Source: Alphaproteobacteria bacterium
GTDB taxonomy: Bacteria > Pseudomonadota > Alphaproteobacteria > Bin95
Assembly (NCBI GenBank): GCA_965202745.1
Contig: CBDBCB010000022.1
Location: 239,835 to 303,834 of the forward strand
Length of the DNA: 64,000 bases
Direction: 5' to 3'
Below the pieces are notes generated by a model. That model was not told where the DNA came from. It saw only the letters and a program-made list of their open reading frames with translations, and did not search any database. The position numbers were made by a program, and so were the translations under genes. Position 1 is the first letter of the stretch, and every line of letters starts with the position of its first letter. This document shows, piece by piece, positions 41,308 to 51,499 of this stretch.

Positions 41308-42387
41308 TCAGAGCTCCCCCTGGAATGCGCGAGACTGGAGAGACTCGAAAAGGCGATCCGTGGCGGAGTTACTAAGCTTTATTTGATCTATTTGCGAGTT
41401 GACTGCATCCAATCGCTCGGAGAACTTCTTCTGTTCGGGTTTTGCAACGATAGGAATTTCTAGCTGCTGGAAAAGTGATTTTTTCAAAATCGGAAGTGTC
41501 GTGGAAGCCCCGCGGCCAATCCGTTCAATTTCTCGCCTCAAACCTTTGACTGCATAGAAACCATATGCGGGACTAATGTCGGGGGCCCATTCAACGGCAT
41601 TGATCTGCTGGTTGAACGCGCAGTATTCAGGCGCAATATCAGTTTTCCCAATGGTCGCTCCGATGCAGCAAACCAAAATTGAGCCTGCCTTAACAGTCCG
41701 AGATTTCTCGGCTCCCGCTTCTGTCAGGAACCTAGCCACCGACCTATCGGTCTCTAAGTCTCCTGGCGTTATGAATGGAACATCACCATTAAAGAACTCC
41801 GCGACCTTTGTTGAAGGGGTTGAACCTGTCTTCACCGCGCCAAGATCCTTCAGCACGGCGAATTCCGTGTCCGCTGCAATTTCAAACATCTGATGAAAGA
41901 TCGCCTGGCCGAGGGTGTTGAGGCGGTCGAGGGCGCGGCGGCGGAGGCGGCGCAGCGCGTCCGCCTGATCCAGGATCGCCGCAATCCGCCTCTGCTCCTC
42001 CAGCGGTGGGAGGGGTACCGTGTAAGTTAGCAACGGGCCGCGGGTGATCTGAGGTTGCGCAGCACCGTTTATTACTGAGTTAAAACCCTGATGCTTCAGG
42101 GCATAAGTCAAATAATCCAAGTTGACCTTGTCCTCGTCGATGTCATCCAGAGCCATAGCATTGCCGGTGATGTATGACTGTGGCGGAACAATATTGATTG
42201 TTCCACAAGTCGCGCCGCGACATGTAACAGCGATGGTCTTTCGGTCGTGAGTGTAGGCGGAATAATAGCCAATAGGTCCATTCGCACCAAAAACGACATA
42301 ACCATCTTCGAGAAGTTCACTCGATGGAATAGTCTTGTGTTGCTTGGGTTTACATATTTCTCCAAGCGTTACCGCTGGCCAGTTCAT
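41308..42387 (-). CDS. hsdS: type I RM specificity subunit HsdS
   Basis: Two target-recognition domains separated by the conserved central repeat ('LPPLEEQRRIAAILDQADALRRLRRRALDRLNTLGQAIFHQMF'). Lower GC, as is usual for target-recognition domains. ATGA overlap with hsdM. Confidence 0.8.
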   Translation of the reverse strand: MNWPAVTLGEICKPKQHKTIPSSELLEDGYVVFGANGPIGYYSAYTHDRKTIAVTCRGATCGTINIVPPQSYITGNAMALDDIDEDKVNLDYLTYALKHQGFNSVINGAAQPQITRGPLLTYTVPLPPLEEQRRIAAILDQADALRRLRRRALDRLNTLGQAIFHQMFEIAADTEFAVLKDLGAVKTGSTPSTKVAEFFNGDVPFITPGDLETDRSVARFLTEAGAEKSRTVKAGSILVCCIGATIGKTDIAPEYCAFNQQINAVEWAPDISPAYGFYAVKGLRREIERIGRGASTTLPILKKSLFQQLEIPIVAKPEQKKFSERLDAVNSQIDQIKLSNSATDRLFESLQSRAFQGEL

Positions 42388-43922
42388 CCGATCATCTCCT
42401 CCAGCCTGTCGAGGCCTTCGGTGATCTCGGTTTCGATCGCACGCAGCTCGGCTATGATCTCGGTAGGGGACTGGTGGTCGATTTCTTCGTGTTCAACCTC
42501 CTTGTAGCGGTTCAGCGACAAATCCCAACTGCCGGTCGCGATGATGTCCTTGGCGGGCACCACAAAGCTTTGCGCGGTGCGGGGGCGGTCCGCTTCGGCT
42601 TCAAGCACCTCCCACCGGGTCAGGATTTCGGGCAGGTTGTTCTTGGCGTGCTCGTCGTCGCTCAACGCCGCCTGTGGCACCGGGCCGAGCTTGTCGGCGT
42701 CCAGAAGCGGTGTGCGCTTGTCGTCTAGTGAAAACCCGTCGGCGGTCATGTCATAAAACCAGACATCCGCCGTGCCGCCGACGCCGGTCTTTGTGAAGAC
42801 AACAATGGCGCAGGACACACCCGCATAGGGGCGGAAGACGCCCGAGGGCAACTTGATGATTGCCTCAAGCTTGTGATCCTCGACCAGCATCTTGCGGATG
42901 TCCTTGTGCGCCTTGGAGGAGCCAAAGAGCACGCCGTCTGGCACGACCACCGCCGCCCGCCCACCGGTGCGCAGGAGGCGCAGGAAGAGCGCGCCGAAAA
43001 GCAGCTCGGTCTTCTTCGTCTTGACGATCTTCAACAGGTCCTTGGCCGTTGTCTCGTAATCCAGCGAGCCCGCGAAGGGCGGGTTGGCAAGGATAAGGGA
43101 ATACGCGCCCTCTTCGACGCCGTGTTCCTCGGCCAGGCTGTCGCGGTAGGAGATGTCGGGGTTTTCAACGCCGTGCAGCGTCATGTTCATCGCGCCGATC
43201 CGCAGCATGGTGCTGTCGAAGTCATGACCATGGAACATGGTGGAATGGAAATGCTTGCGCAGCTTGTCATCGCGCAGGATTTGCGGGTGGTGGTCGCGCA
43301 GGTATTCGCCCGCCGAGACAAGAAAGCCGCAGGTGCCCGCCGCCGGATCGCAGATCACGTCCTCGGGCGTTGGTTTCATCAGGTGCACCATCAGGTTGAT
43401 GATGTGACGCGGAGTGCGGAATTGCCCGTTTTGACCGGCGCTCGCGATCTTGCCGAGCATGTATTCATAGGCGTCACCCTTGGTATCGCGGTCGTCCATC
43501 GGGATGTCATCGAGCATCTGGACAACCTTGGCCAGTAGGTTGGGGTTCGAAAAGCCCAGCCGTGCGTCACGCATGTGGGTGCCGTAGCTGGAGCCCTGTT
43601 CGCCGAGATTGCGCAGGAAGGGAAAGACGTGCTCGTCAACGACCGTCATCATCTCGCGCGCTTCGAAATTCTTGAAGCGGGACCAGCGGAGATCGTCGTA
43701 GGCGCGACCCTTGTCGTCGGTGCCTTCGGGAAAAATGCGCCGTTCCATCGAGGTGCCCAGCATCTCGGCCTTGCTCTCTTCCAGCGTGTGCAGATCATCA
43801 AGGCGCTTGATGAAGAGCAGGTAGGTGATCTGTTCAATGACCGAGAGCGGGTTCGACACGCCACCGGACCAGAAGGCATTCCAAATCTGATCCACCTGGT
43901 TACGAATTGCGCCTGTGAGCAT
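42384..43922 (-). CDS. hsdM: type I RM DNA methyltransferase HsdM
   Basis: N6-methyltransferase motifs: 'DPAAGTCGFL' (motif I) and 'ANPPF' (motif IV). 512 aa. Confidence 0.85.
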   Translation of the reverse strand: MLTGAIRNQVDQIWNAFWSGGVSNPLSVIEQITYLLFIKRLDDLHTLEESKAEMLGTSMERRIFPEGTDDKGRAYDDLRWSRFKNFEAREMMTVVDEHVFPFLRNLGEQGSSYGTHMRDARLGFSNPNLLAKVVQMLDDIPMDDRDTKGDAYEYMLGKIASAGQNGQFRTPRHIINLMVHLMKPTPEDVICDPAAGTCGFLVSAGEYLRDHHPQILRDDKLRKHFHSTMFHGHDFDSTMLRIGAMNMTLHGVENPDISYRDSLAEEHGVEEGAYSLILANPPFAGSLDYETTAKDLLKIVKTKKTELLFGALFLRLLRTGGRAAVVVPDGVLFGSSKAHKDIRKMLVEDHKLEAIIKLPSGVFRPYAGVSCAIVVFTKTGVGGTADVWFYDMTADGFSLDDKRTPLLDADKLGPVPQAALSDDEHAKNNLPEILTRWEVLEAEADRPRTAQSFVVPAKDIIATGSWDLSLNRYKEVEHEEIDHQSPTEIIAELRAIETEITEGLDRLEEMIG

Positions 43923-44442
43923 TTTGTATTCGTCCCTTTCTATGCTTTGCTTCGACTCTATGGCGTAACCGGCTGTAATTCTACGGCAATCGCTGCCTGG
44001 TTATCTTTCCCAAGCGGTGTGATCCGCGACAGTTCGTAGAGTCGCAAGTTTCTGGATAAGTCTAGCAGCTTTCGGATCATGTGACCTCCACGCTTCGCGC
44101 CGTGCTCGATCAAGTCTGCAAATCTGGCCGGGCGTGCCCCCAGCGCAAGGACCGCCCGCTCCATTCAGCCGCGTGCCGCGTCTTCCCATGTTGGTCCACG
44201 GGCCTGAAGACCCTTTGCGCAGTGGGCTTGGCCGCCCGGCCCCTCTGTTTTGCATCCCGAGCAAAGGCGCATGGGCGGAGATATTCGAAGAGTACGCCAA
44301 CGGCGGGCTGCAAATAATACATGAAGCCATGAATCGCGGCGGCGGGGAGTATCCGGACCGGGATATCCTGGAGGTGCTAAAGGAGCTTGGCTACCTATCT
44401 GCCGATGACGAAGAGCCGGATGTGTCGGGGATTAGTTTCTAA

Positions 44443-45345
44443 ATGCTCAGGGATTTGAGCTACAAGGGCGTCTACAAGTCCGACTTCGATAACATTCTGG
44501 AAGATTTTTACTTCCCAACACTCTCAATCGCCAATCGCTATGATCGCTCGGTCGGTTTTTTCTCGGCCTCGACTATCAGCTACGCGGCGCAGGCACTGTC
44601 GGTGTTTGTTAAAAATGGGGGCCAAATCCGGTTGATCCTGGGAGCCTTTTCAGACCGAGAGGACCTTGAAGCGGTCAAGCAAGGATACAGGGAAAAAGAG
44701 ATTTCGGAGAAGATCGGTAGTGAACTCTTGTCGATGGTTTCGAACGTCAGTGACGAGTTGTTCCAAAACCGCTTTGAGACGCTTTCCTGGCTGGTGGCGC
44801 ACGGACGCCTAGAAGTCAAAATCGCTCTACGTGAGCGCGGCATGTACCATGACAAGGTTGGCGTGGTTTCTGATGAGGCCGGAGACAGGGTTGTACCGGA
44901 GACAGGGTTGTATTTGCAGGATCGGCGAACGAAAGCACGCATGCATTGCTGCCCACGCACAACTACGAGTCTATCAATGTGTTCAAGTCGTGGATGCCTG
45001 GGCATCGGGAGTTCTTCGATCCACACATTGAGAGCTTTGAGCGTCTCTGGAAAAATGAAAGCCCGTCGACGGCGGTCTTAGATGTTCCGACTGCGGTGCG
45101 AGACAAGCTGATCTCCGTTTCCAGATCACTTGACTACACGCCGGACCCGGAAATCGAAGCTGAAATTGCCGCAAGAATACAGGCACGGACGGGTTCGGCT
45201 GTTAGCACGACATCAAACAAGCCCCGCGAACCGGCGACGATCAATGGGCAGCCATTTAAGATGCGCGATCACCAAATCGCAGCTCTCAAAGCATGGAAAG
45301 CCAAAGGCGATTTTCAGGGCACTTTCGATCTTGCGACCCGCGCTC
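44443..45345 (+). pseudogene. PLD-family nuclease domain fused to SF2 helicase (defense/restriction-like), disrupted
   Basis: HKD motif 'MYHDKVGVVSDEAGD'. A 17-bp tandem duplication 'ccggagacagggttgta' x2 (44877-44910) shifts the frame. The helicase N-terminal region 'MRDHQIAALKAWKAKGDFQGTFDLAT' is then cut at ~45336 by the IS21 remnant. Confidence 0.6.
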
Positions 45346-46640
45346 GTAGCGCTGGGCGATGACATCGAAGAGCCATTCAGCCCCGGTCTTTGAGAGCGGC
45401 ACAAAGCCAAGTTCGGCGATGATCAGCAGATCCTGGGCGGCTATCTGCTGTTGATGGCGTTGAAGGCGGCGCTCGTCGGCGGCTTCAATCCTCTCACGCC
45501 CCAAAGCGGCAGCCGTAGTGAAGCGGACCTTCATGCCCTTTTGAGGAGCCACCAGTCCTAGCCCCAGGGCGACGGGGGTTTTGCCGGTTCCGCTTGGCCC
45601 GAGGGCGATCACGGCCTTATGGACGTAGCCTCGGACCTGGACCTCATGATGGGCAACCGCGGTTGGCACGGAGTAATCGTTGTTGCGATAGCGGACCATC
45701 GAGATAGACGTTGCGCGCGTACTGACCTTCTCACAGGCGTCATAGGGCGTCGCTGGCAAGGCCATCAACGCATCTAGGTCATGCGGCAGGCGCTCACCAA
45801 TCGTCTCGCTATGTCCGTGGACACCATCGTCCTGGCGCTTCAGGCACTGTGCTTCCAGCCAAGCGTTCAGCACATCGAACTACCCGACGAGATCGGGGAG
45901 CCGGGACGAGGAAGGTTCGCCGGCCAAAGCCAATCACACCCTCGACGTTACCCTTGTCGCTTCCCTTGCCAGGACGACCGAACCTATCCTTGAACAGATA
46001 AGGCGATTGGAGGTCCGAGAAGGTTCTGGTCCGAACCCGTTCCCCTCCCCCAAGGATCTTCGCCACGGCGATCACCGTGTTGTCGTAGAGTACCGATAGC
46101 GGCACGCCGCCGAAAAAGGCAAATGCTGCGTTGTGACCATCAAAGAAAGCTTCGGTTGTCTCTGCCGGATAGGCCTTGATGAAGAATGCATCCGAAGGTG
46201 GTAGCGCCATCGCACAGTAATGGAGCTTGCACGCGACCCCGCCGATCACGCCAAGCGCCTCGCCAAAATCCCCCTGGGCGTGTACCAACGGCACGAACAC
46301 TTCCCGCGGTCGCCGCTGCCGCTCTCGCCCATAGTCGGTCACAATGGTAATGCCGCCGGTGAAGCCATGCTCATCGCGCAGCCGGGCGGGATGGCGCTGT
46401 TTCTTGATGACCCGGTTGTCGTCTTCCAGGATCTGATCGATGATCGGAATGACCCGATCGAGCTTGGGCCGGGATGGCTGCCGTTCACGGCGATAGCCAG
46501 GAGGAACCGAGTGCTTCAGGATCTTCGAAACGGTCTTGCGGTCGATCCCAAAATGCTTCGCCGCCGCTCGGGCACTCATTCCATCAACGGGGCATGCCCG
46601 GCGGACGCGCCCCTACAATTCCACAGTATACATCTCCCCG
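45336..46640 (-). mobile_element. IS21-family remnant: istA N-part (45809..46579), internally deleted istA'-'istB fusion (45286..45873)
   Basis: IstA HTH 'MSARAAAKHFGIDRKTVSKIL...' in one frame. The second ORF reads IstA '...SISMVRYRNNDYSVPTAVAHHEVQVRGYV' straight into IstB Walker A 'ALGPSGTGKTPVALG'. The IstB C-terminus is cut at 45340. Confidence 0.65.
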
Positions 46641-47600
46641 CCTTCCGCTCGTTGCATCCAGCGTAAAGGGGCGGACTTTTATTCCGCGACACTCAAAGCA
46701 TCCGACCCTTTCTGTGAACCAATTGGTCTCCGGGATTCACAGGAGGATCGCAGCCACACGCCCCATCGCCTTCAGACGACGTTGACGCCAGCGCAGGAAG
46801 CTGTCGCCGTGGACCTCCGCAAGACGCTTTTGGTCTCGCTGGATGATCTGCTGGCGGTGGTGCGCGAGTTCTTGAACCCGAAGGCCTCCCGCTCTGGCCT
46901 TGACCGCTGCTTGCGTCGGCATGGCGTGGGGCCCCTGCGCGCCCTGAAAGCAGCATCGCCCGGCCAAAGCACAGCGCCTTCAAAGCCTATGAACCTGGTT
47001 CCATCCCCATCGACCTGAAATACCTGCCACCGATGGCAGATGAGAGCCGCCGCCGTTCCCTCTTCGTGGCCATCGACAGGGCAACGCGTTGGGTTGTTGT
47101 CAGGGTCTACAACAGCAAGACAGCGGCCAATGCCCGGCGCTTCCTGCGCGCCCTGGAGCGCGCCTGCCCGATGCGGATCCGCCCCATACTCCCGGATAAT
47201 GGAAAAGAGTTCACGGATCGCCTCTTCAGTCTGCGCCAGCGCGCCGCAACAGGCGCGCATGAATGCGACACGCTGGGCGCCGCCCTCGATATCGATCATC
47301 GCCTGACGCCGCCTAGGTCACCTCAGACCAACGGTATGGTCGAACGGTTCAATGGCCGCATCGAAGAGGTTCTGCAGAGCCATCCCTTCCGATCCGGCGA
47401 GGTTCTGGAAGCCACGCTGCTTCGCTATGTCTGGCTTTACACCCAGCCGCTGCTGCAATCAGCCCTGGGCAGCAAGACGCTCTTGCAGGCAATGAAGGAA
47501 TGGCGCAAACTCAAACTAGAGCTGGTCAGCAAACAGCCATATTACCTTCCAGGATGGGACGCCCAAGCGCTTCCAGCTCCTTGGTTCGTTTTTTGATTCA
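46640..47600 (+). mobile_element. IS481-like element (transposase frameshifted near 46975-47030)
   Basis: The C-terminal ORF 47033..47596 has an rve-like tail ('SPQTNGMVERFNGRIEEVLQSHPF'). The N-terminal ORF ends at 47018 in another frame. Fragments of the same element are at 18870-19100 and 20270-20365. Confidence 0.55.
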
Positions 47601-47732
47601 AGCGTTTGCAGCGGCTTTCCGGTCGAAGGTTCGCGCTTCGCGATGAAGCCTGCGACCATTCCGTTTGGTGTCGATCTGTGCCAAATAGGCGACTGATCCA
47701 TCTTTGCGTTTGCGTTCAATAATGTGCGGCAT
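47601..47732 (-). pseudogene. tyrosine integrase N-terminal stub (44 aa), divergent from dusA
   Basis: Minus-strand 'MPHIIERKRKDGSVAYLAQIDTKRNGRRLHREARTFDRKAAANA*'. The pattern KRKDGS-x-Y-x-AQI...RTFDRKAAA-x-AW is the usual integrase N-terminal DNA-binding motif. It ends where the IS481-like element begins. Confidence 0.5.
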
Positions 47733-47834
47733 CGGGCCGACATTTTCTCTCGCGGGCCAACATTTGTTGGTCTAACATGCAGAAACGGGCAAAAACAAGC
47801 CCAAATGGGCCAATAATGAGCATCTGGAATTAAC

Positions 47835-48860
47835 GTGGAAGACGTAAAAACAACAATAAAAACAGATATTAAGCGTTCTGCACGCTTCAGCGTTGCACCT
47901 ATGATGGATGGGACGGACCGGCACGACCGGTACTTCCTGCGTCTCTTCACGCGCCGCGCCCTGCTCTATACGGAGATGGTGACGGAGCAGGCGATCCGCT
48001 TCGGCGACCGCGTTCGTCTGCTGGACTTCGACGCCTCCGAGCACCCGCTAGCCCTGCAACTCGGTGGCTCCGACCCGGCGCATCTGGCGGAGGCCGCCCG
48101 TGTCGGCGAACAATGGGGCTATGACGAGATTAACCTGAATTGCGGCTGCCCCTCCGACCGGGTGCAGAGCGGCTCCTTCGGCGCCTGCCTGATGGCGGAA
48201 CCCGATCTGGTCGCACGCTGTGTGGACGCCATGGCGGGGGCCGTGTGCATTCCCGTCACGGTCAAATGCCGGATCGGCATCGACGATCAGGACGACTATG
48301 CAGACCTCCGCCGGTTCGTGGACACGGTCGCCTACGCCGGTTGCAGCACCTTCATCGTGCACGCCCGCAAGGCCTGGCTGAAGGGCCTTAGCCCCAAGGA
48401 AAACCGGGAAATCCCGCCGCTGGTCTATCCCTCTGTCTACCGCCTGAAGACAGAGCGTCCGGACCTGACCATCGCCATCAATGGCGGCATCACCGATTTG
48501 GATCAGGCCGACGAGCATATGAAACACACCGACGGCGTCATGCTGGGTCGCGCCGCCTACCAGAACCCCTACCTGCTGGCGGCGGTCGACTCGCGCCTGT
48601 TCGGGGACGAAGAGCCGCCGCCCTCCCGCTATGCCGTTGCCCTGCTCATGGCCGACTACGCCGACCGCATGGCCGCCAGCCATGGCGCCCGCGCCGGCTC
48701 CATCGCCCGCCACATGGTGGGCCTGTTCCAGGGCCTGCCGGGCGCGCGGGCTTTCCGGCGGCATCTCTCGGAAAATGCCTTCCGCGAGGGTGCCACCGGC
48801 CAGGTCATCCGTGACGCCGCTGCCCTGCTGCCGGAGCCGGAAGGGCGGTTGGCGGCCTAA
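47835..48860 (+). CDS. dusA: tRNA-dihydrouridine(20/20a) synthase DusA
   Basis: 'FSVAPMMDGTDRHDRYF' and 'EINLNCGCPSDRVQSGSFGACLM' are present. The first ~15 codons (MEDVKTTIKTDIKRS) are AT-rich and atypical. Confidence 0.85.
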   Translation: MEDVKTTIKTDIKRSARFSVAPMMDGTDRHDRYFLRLFTRRALLYTEMVTEQAIRFGDRVRLLDFDASEHPLALQLGGSDPAHLAEAARVGEQWGYDEINLNCGCPSDRVQSGSFGACLMAEPDLVARCVDAMAGAVCIPVTVKCRIGIDDQDDYADLRRFVDTVAYAGCSTFIVHARKAWLKGLSPKENREIPPLVYPSVYRLKTERPDLTIAINGGITDLDQADEHMKHTDGVMLGRAAYQNPYLLAAVDSRLFGDEEPPPSRYAVALLMADYADRMAASHGARAGSIARHMVGLFQGLPGARAFRRHLSENAFREGATGQVIRDAAALLPEPEGRLAA

Positions 48861-48869
48861 ACTGTTCCC

Positions 48870-49364
48870 CTAATCCTCGGCCAGGCCAATTGGGGCGTGC
48901 TCAATCGGCACGCCGGGCAGGGCCTTATCGGTGCGGATCACCGGAAACGTCGTCACGCGCACCACGTCAGTCGCGCTGGTCAGCGCCTGGGTCAACTGAT
49001 TCTCGTGTGCCGTGTTGTGCGCATAGAGCTTCAGCAGAAAATCGCCGCCGCCCCGCACCATGTGGCATTCCCGGACCTCATCCCAGTCGCGCACCAGCGA
49101 CTCGAAAGCCTTGAGCCGCACCTGCGCCTGGGTTTGCAGGCCTATCAGCGCAAAAAAGATCACCTCGAAGCCCAGCTTCTCCGAATCCAGATCGGCGTGG
49201 TAGCCGCGGATATAGCCTTCGGTCTCCAGCGTCCGCACCCGGCGCAGGCAAGGGGGCGCGGAAATACCGGCTCGCTTCGCCAACTTCACATTGGTCATGC
49301 GGCCATTTGCTTGCAGATCGCTCAAAATCTGACGGTCGATCTCATTCAGCCGCGTGCGGGCCAT
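48870..49364 (-). CDS. lrp: Lrp/AsnC-family transcriptional regulator
   Basis: 164 aa with HTH 'MTNVKLAKRAGISAPPCLRRVRTLETEGYIRGYHA' and a C-terminal RAM domain. Confidence 0.8.
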   Translation of the reverse strand: MARTRLNEIDRQILSDLQANGRMTNVKLAKRAGISAPPCLRRVRTLETEGYIRGYHADLDSEKLGFEVIFFALIGLQTQAQVRLKAFESLVRDWDEVRECHMVRGGGDFLLKLYAHNTAHENQLTQALTSATDVVRVTTFPVIRTDKALPGVPIEHAPIGLAED

Positions 49365-49526
49365 ATTGGGTCCTCCCAGAACACTTTTGCGTAATTATAT
49401 TGCGCGCCGCGCAAAAACGCCAAGGCGCAATCGTGATTTGAACGCTTGGCGTATCGGTCCATCATCCTTAATTAGGGAAGTAGTGCTCTGTTATTCTCAA
49501 AAGGCCGGTTCTCGGCGGGGTCAGTT

Positions 49527-50483
49527 ATGGAACATCGTTCTCGCGTACTTATCATTGGTTCCGGTCCGGCTGGCTATACGGCGGCCATCTATGCCGCTCG
49601 CGCTGGGCTGAAACCGCTGATGGTTCAGGGCATGGCACCCGGCGGCCAGCTGACGATTACCACCGACGTGGAAAACTACCCCGGTTTCGCCGATGTCATC
49701 CAGGGCCCCTGGCTGATGGAGCAGATGCAGGCCCAGGCGGAGCATGTCGGCACGCAGATGATCTTCGACATGATCACCGACATTGACGTGTCCAACCGCC
49801 CGTTCGTCTGCAAGGGCGACAGCGGCGACACCTATATCGGCGACGCTGTCATTGTTGCGACGGGCGCAGAGGCCCGTTGGCTAGGCCTCGAGACAGAGGA
49901 AAAATTCCGCGGTTTCGGCGTCTCCGCCTGCGCTACCTGCGATGGCTTCTTCTTTTGGGAGAAGCCCGTGATTGTCGTCGGCGGCGGCAATACCGCGGTG
50001 GAGGAAGCCCTCTACCTGACCAATCACGCCAGCAAGGTAACGGTCGTGCACCGCCGCGATTCCTTCCGCGCGGAGAAAATTCTGCAGGACCGCCTGTTCA
50101 AGAACCCAAAGGTCGAGGTGGTCTGGAACAGCGTCCTGGATGAGGTCGTGGGCGACGAAAATCCCCTGGGCGTCACCGGTGCGCGCCTGAAGAATGTGGA
50201 GACGGGCGAGGTGACGGAGCACGCGGTCGACGGCGTCTTCATCGCCATCGGCCACAGCCCGAACACGGCCATTTTCAAGGGCAAGCTGGATATGGACGGT
50301 GAGGGTTACCTGCTCACGGCGCCGGACAGCACCCGCACCAACATTCCCGGCATCTTCGCTGCCGGCGACGTGAAGGACAAAGTATTCCGTCAGGCAGTCA
50401 CCGCGGCCGGTCTCGGCTGCATGGCAGCGCTGGAAACCGAGAAGTTCCTGGCCGAACACGAATCAACAGCGGAGGCAGCATAG
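49527..50483 (+). CDS. trxB: thioredoxin-disulfide reductase
   Basis: 'IIGSGPAGYTAAIYAARA', redox-active 'CATCDGFFF' and NADPH site 'VVGGGNTAVEEA'. Confidence 0.9.
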   Translation: MEHRSRVLIIGSGPAGYTAAIYAARAGLKPLMVQGMAPGGQLTITTDVENYPGFADVIQGPWLMEQMQAQAEHVGTQMIFDMITDIDVSNRPFVCKGDSGDTYIGDAVIVATGAEARWLGLETEEKFRGFGVSACATCDGFFFWEKPVIVVGGGNTAVEEALYLTNHASKVTVVHRRDSFRAEKILQDRLFKNPKVEVVWNSVLDEVVGDENPLGVTGARLKNVETGEVTEHAVDGVFIAIGHSPNTAIFKGKLDMDGEGYLLTAPDSTRTNIPGIFAAGDVKDKVFRQAVTAAGLGCMAALETEKFLAEHESTAEAA

Positions 50484-50485
50484 CC

Positions 50486-51412
50486 ATGCCCAGAGCCAGT
50501 ATCGCGCCCGCTTCCATGCGGATGGACTGGGACAAGCTCCGCGTGTTCCATGCCGTCGCCGACGCTGGCAGCTTTACCCATGCGGGCGAGGTGTTGAACC
50601 TCTCCCAGAGCGCGGTGAGCCGCCAGGTTCACTCGTTGGAAGAAAGCCTGGGCCTGCTGCTTTTCCACCGCCACGCCCGCGGCCTGATCCTGACCGAGTC
50701 CGGTGAGCTGCTGTACCGGACCGTACACGATGTTTTCCATCGGCTCGCCATGGCCGAAGCGCAGCTGACCGAATCCAAGGAACAGCCCCAGGGACCGCTG
50801 AAGATCAGCACCACCACGGCCTTTGGCTCCACCTGGCTGACGCCGCAGATGAAGGAATTCGTCGACGTCTACCCGGAGATCGAAGTCAGCATGGTGCTGA
50901 CCGAGAATGACCTCGATCTGGGCATGCGGGAGGCTGACTGCGCCATCCGCTTCGCGCCAGCGACCCAGCCAGACCTGATCCAGCGGCACCTGAAGACCGT
51001 GCGCTCGCGCTTGTTCGCATCGCCGGCCTATATCAAGCAGCATGGCATGCCGAAGACTGTGGATGATCTAGACGGACACATTATTATCTATGGCCAGGAT
51101 GGACCTCTGCCGGTCGCCAGCATCAACTGGCTGTTGGACCCGCAGGTCACGGAAACGAATCTGAAGCCTGTGCTGCGCGTTAACAATATCTACGCGCTCT
51201 ACCGCGCAGTGGTCAGCGGGCTGGGAATTGCATCCCTGCCGACTTACATGGCCCGCATGTCCAACGAGATCGTTAACGTCCTGCCCCATCTGGAAGGACC
51301 AGCGCTGGACGTATATTTCATCTATCCGGAAGAGATGCGGAATTCTAAGCGCATCAGCGTTTTCCGGGACTTCCTGGTACGCAAAATCGCCGAGCGCCGG
51401 ATGGACTTCTAA
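50486..51412 (+). CDS. LysR-family transcriptional regulator
   Basis: N-terminal HTH 'FHAVADAGSFTHAGEVLNLSQSAVSRQVHSLEESLG' plus a substrate-binding domain. 308 aa. Confidence 0.8.
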   Translation: MPRASIAPASMRMDWDKLRVFHAVADAGSFTHAGEVLNLSQSAVSRQVHSLEESLGLLLFHRHARGLILTESGELLYRTVHDVFHRLAMAEAQLTESKEQPQGPLKISTTTAFGSTWLTPQMKEFVDVYPEIEVSMVLTENDLDLGMREADCAIRFAPATQPDLIQRHLKTVRSRLFASPAYIKQHGMPKTVDDLDGHIIIYGQDGPLPVASINWLLDPQVTETNLKPVLRVNNIYALYRAVVSGLGIASLPTYMARMSNEIVNVLPHLEGPALDVYFIYPEEMRNSKRISVFRDFLVRKIAERRMDF

Positions 51413-51499
51413 GCGGCCGGCGCCGCCGACTGTTGCAAACTGTGGCTGTCTCATGCGTGAACAGCTTGGTGCCGGGCCGCGGCGACCGTATCGATATTG

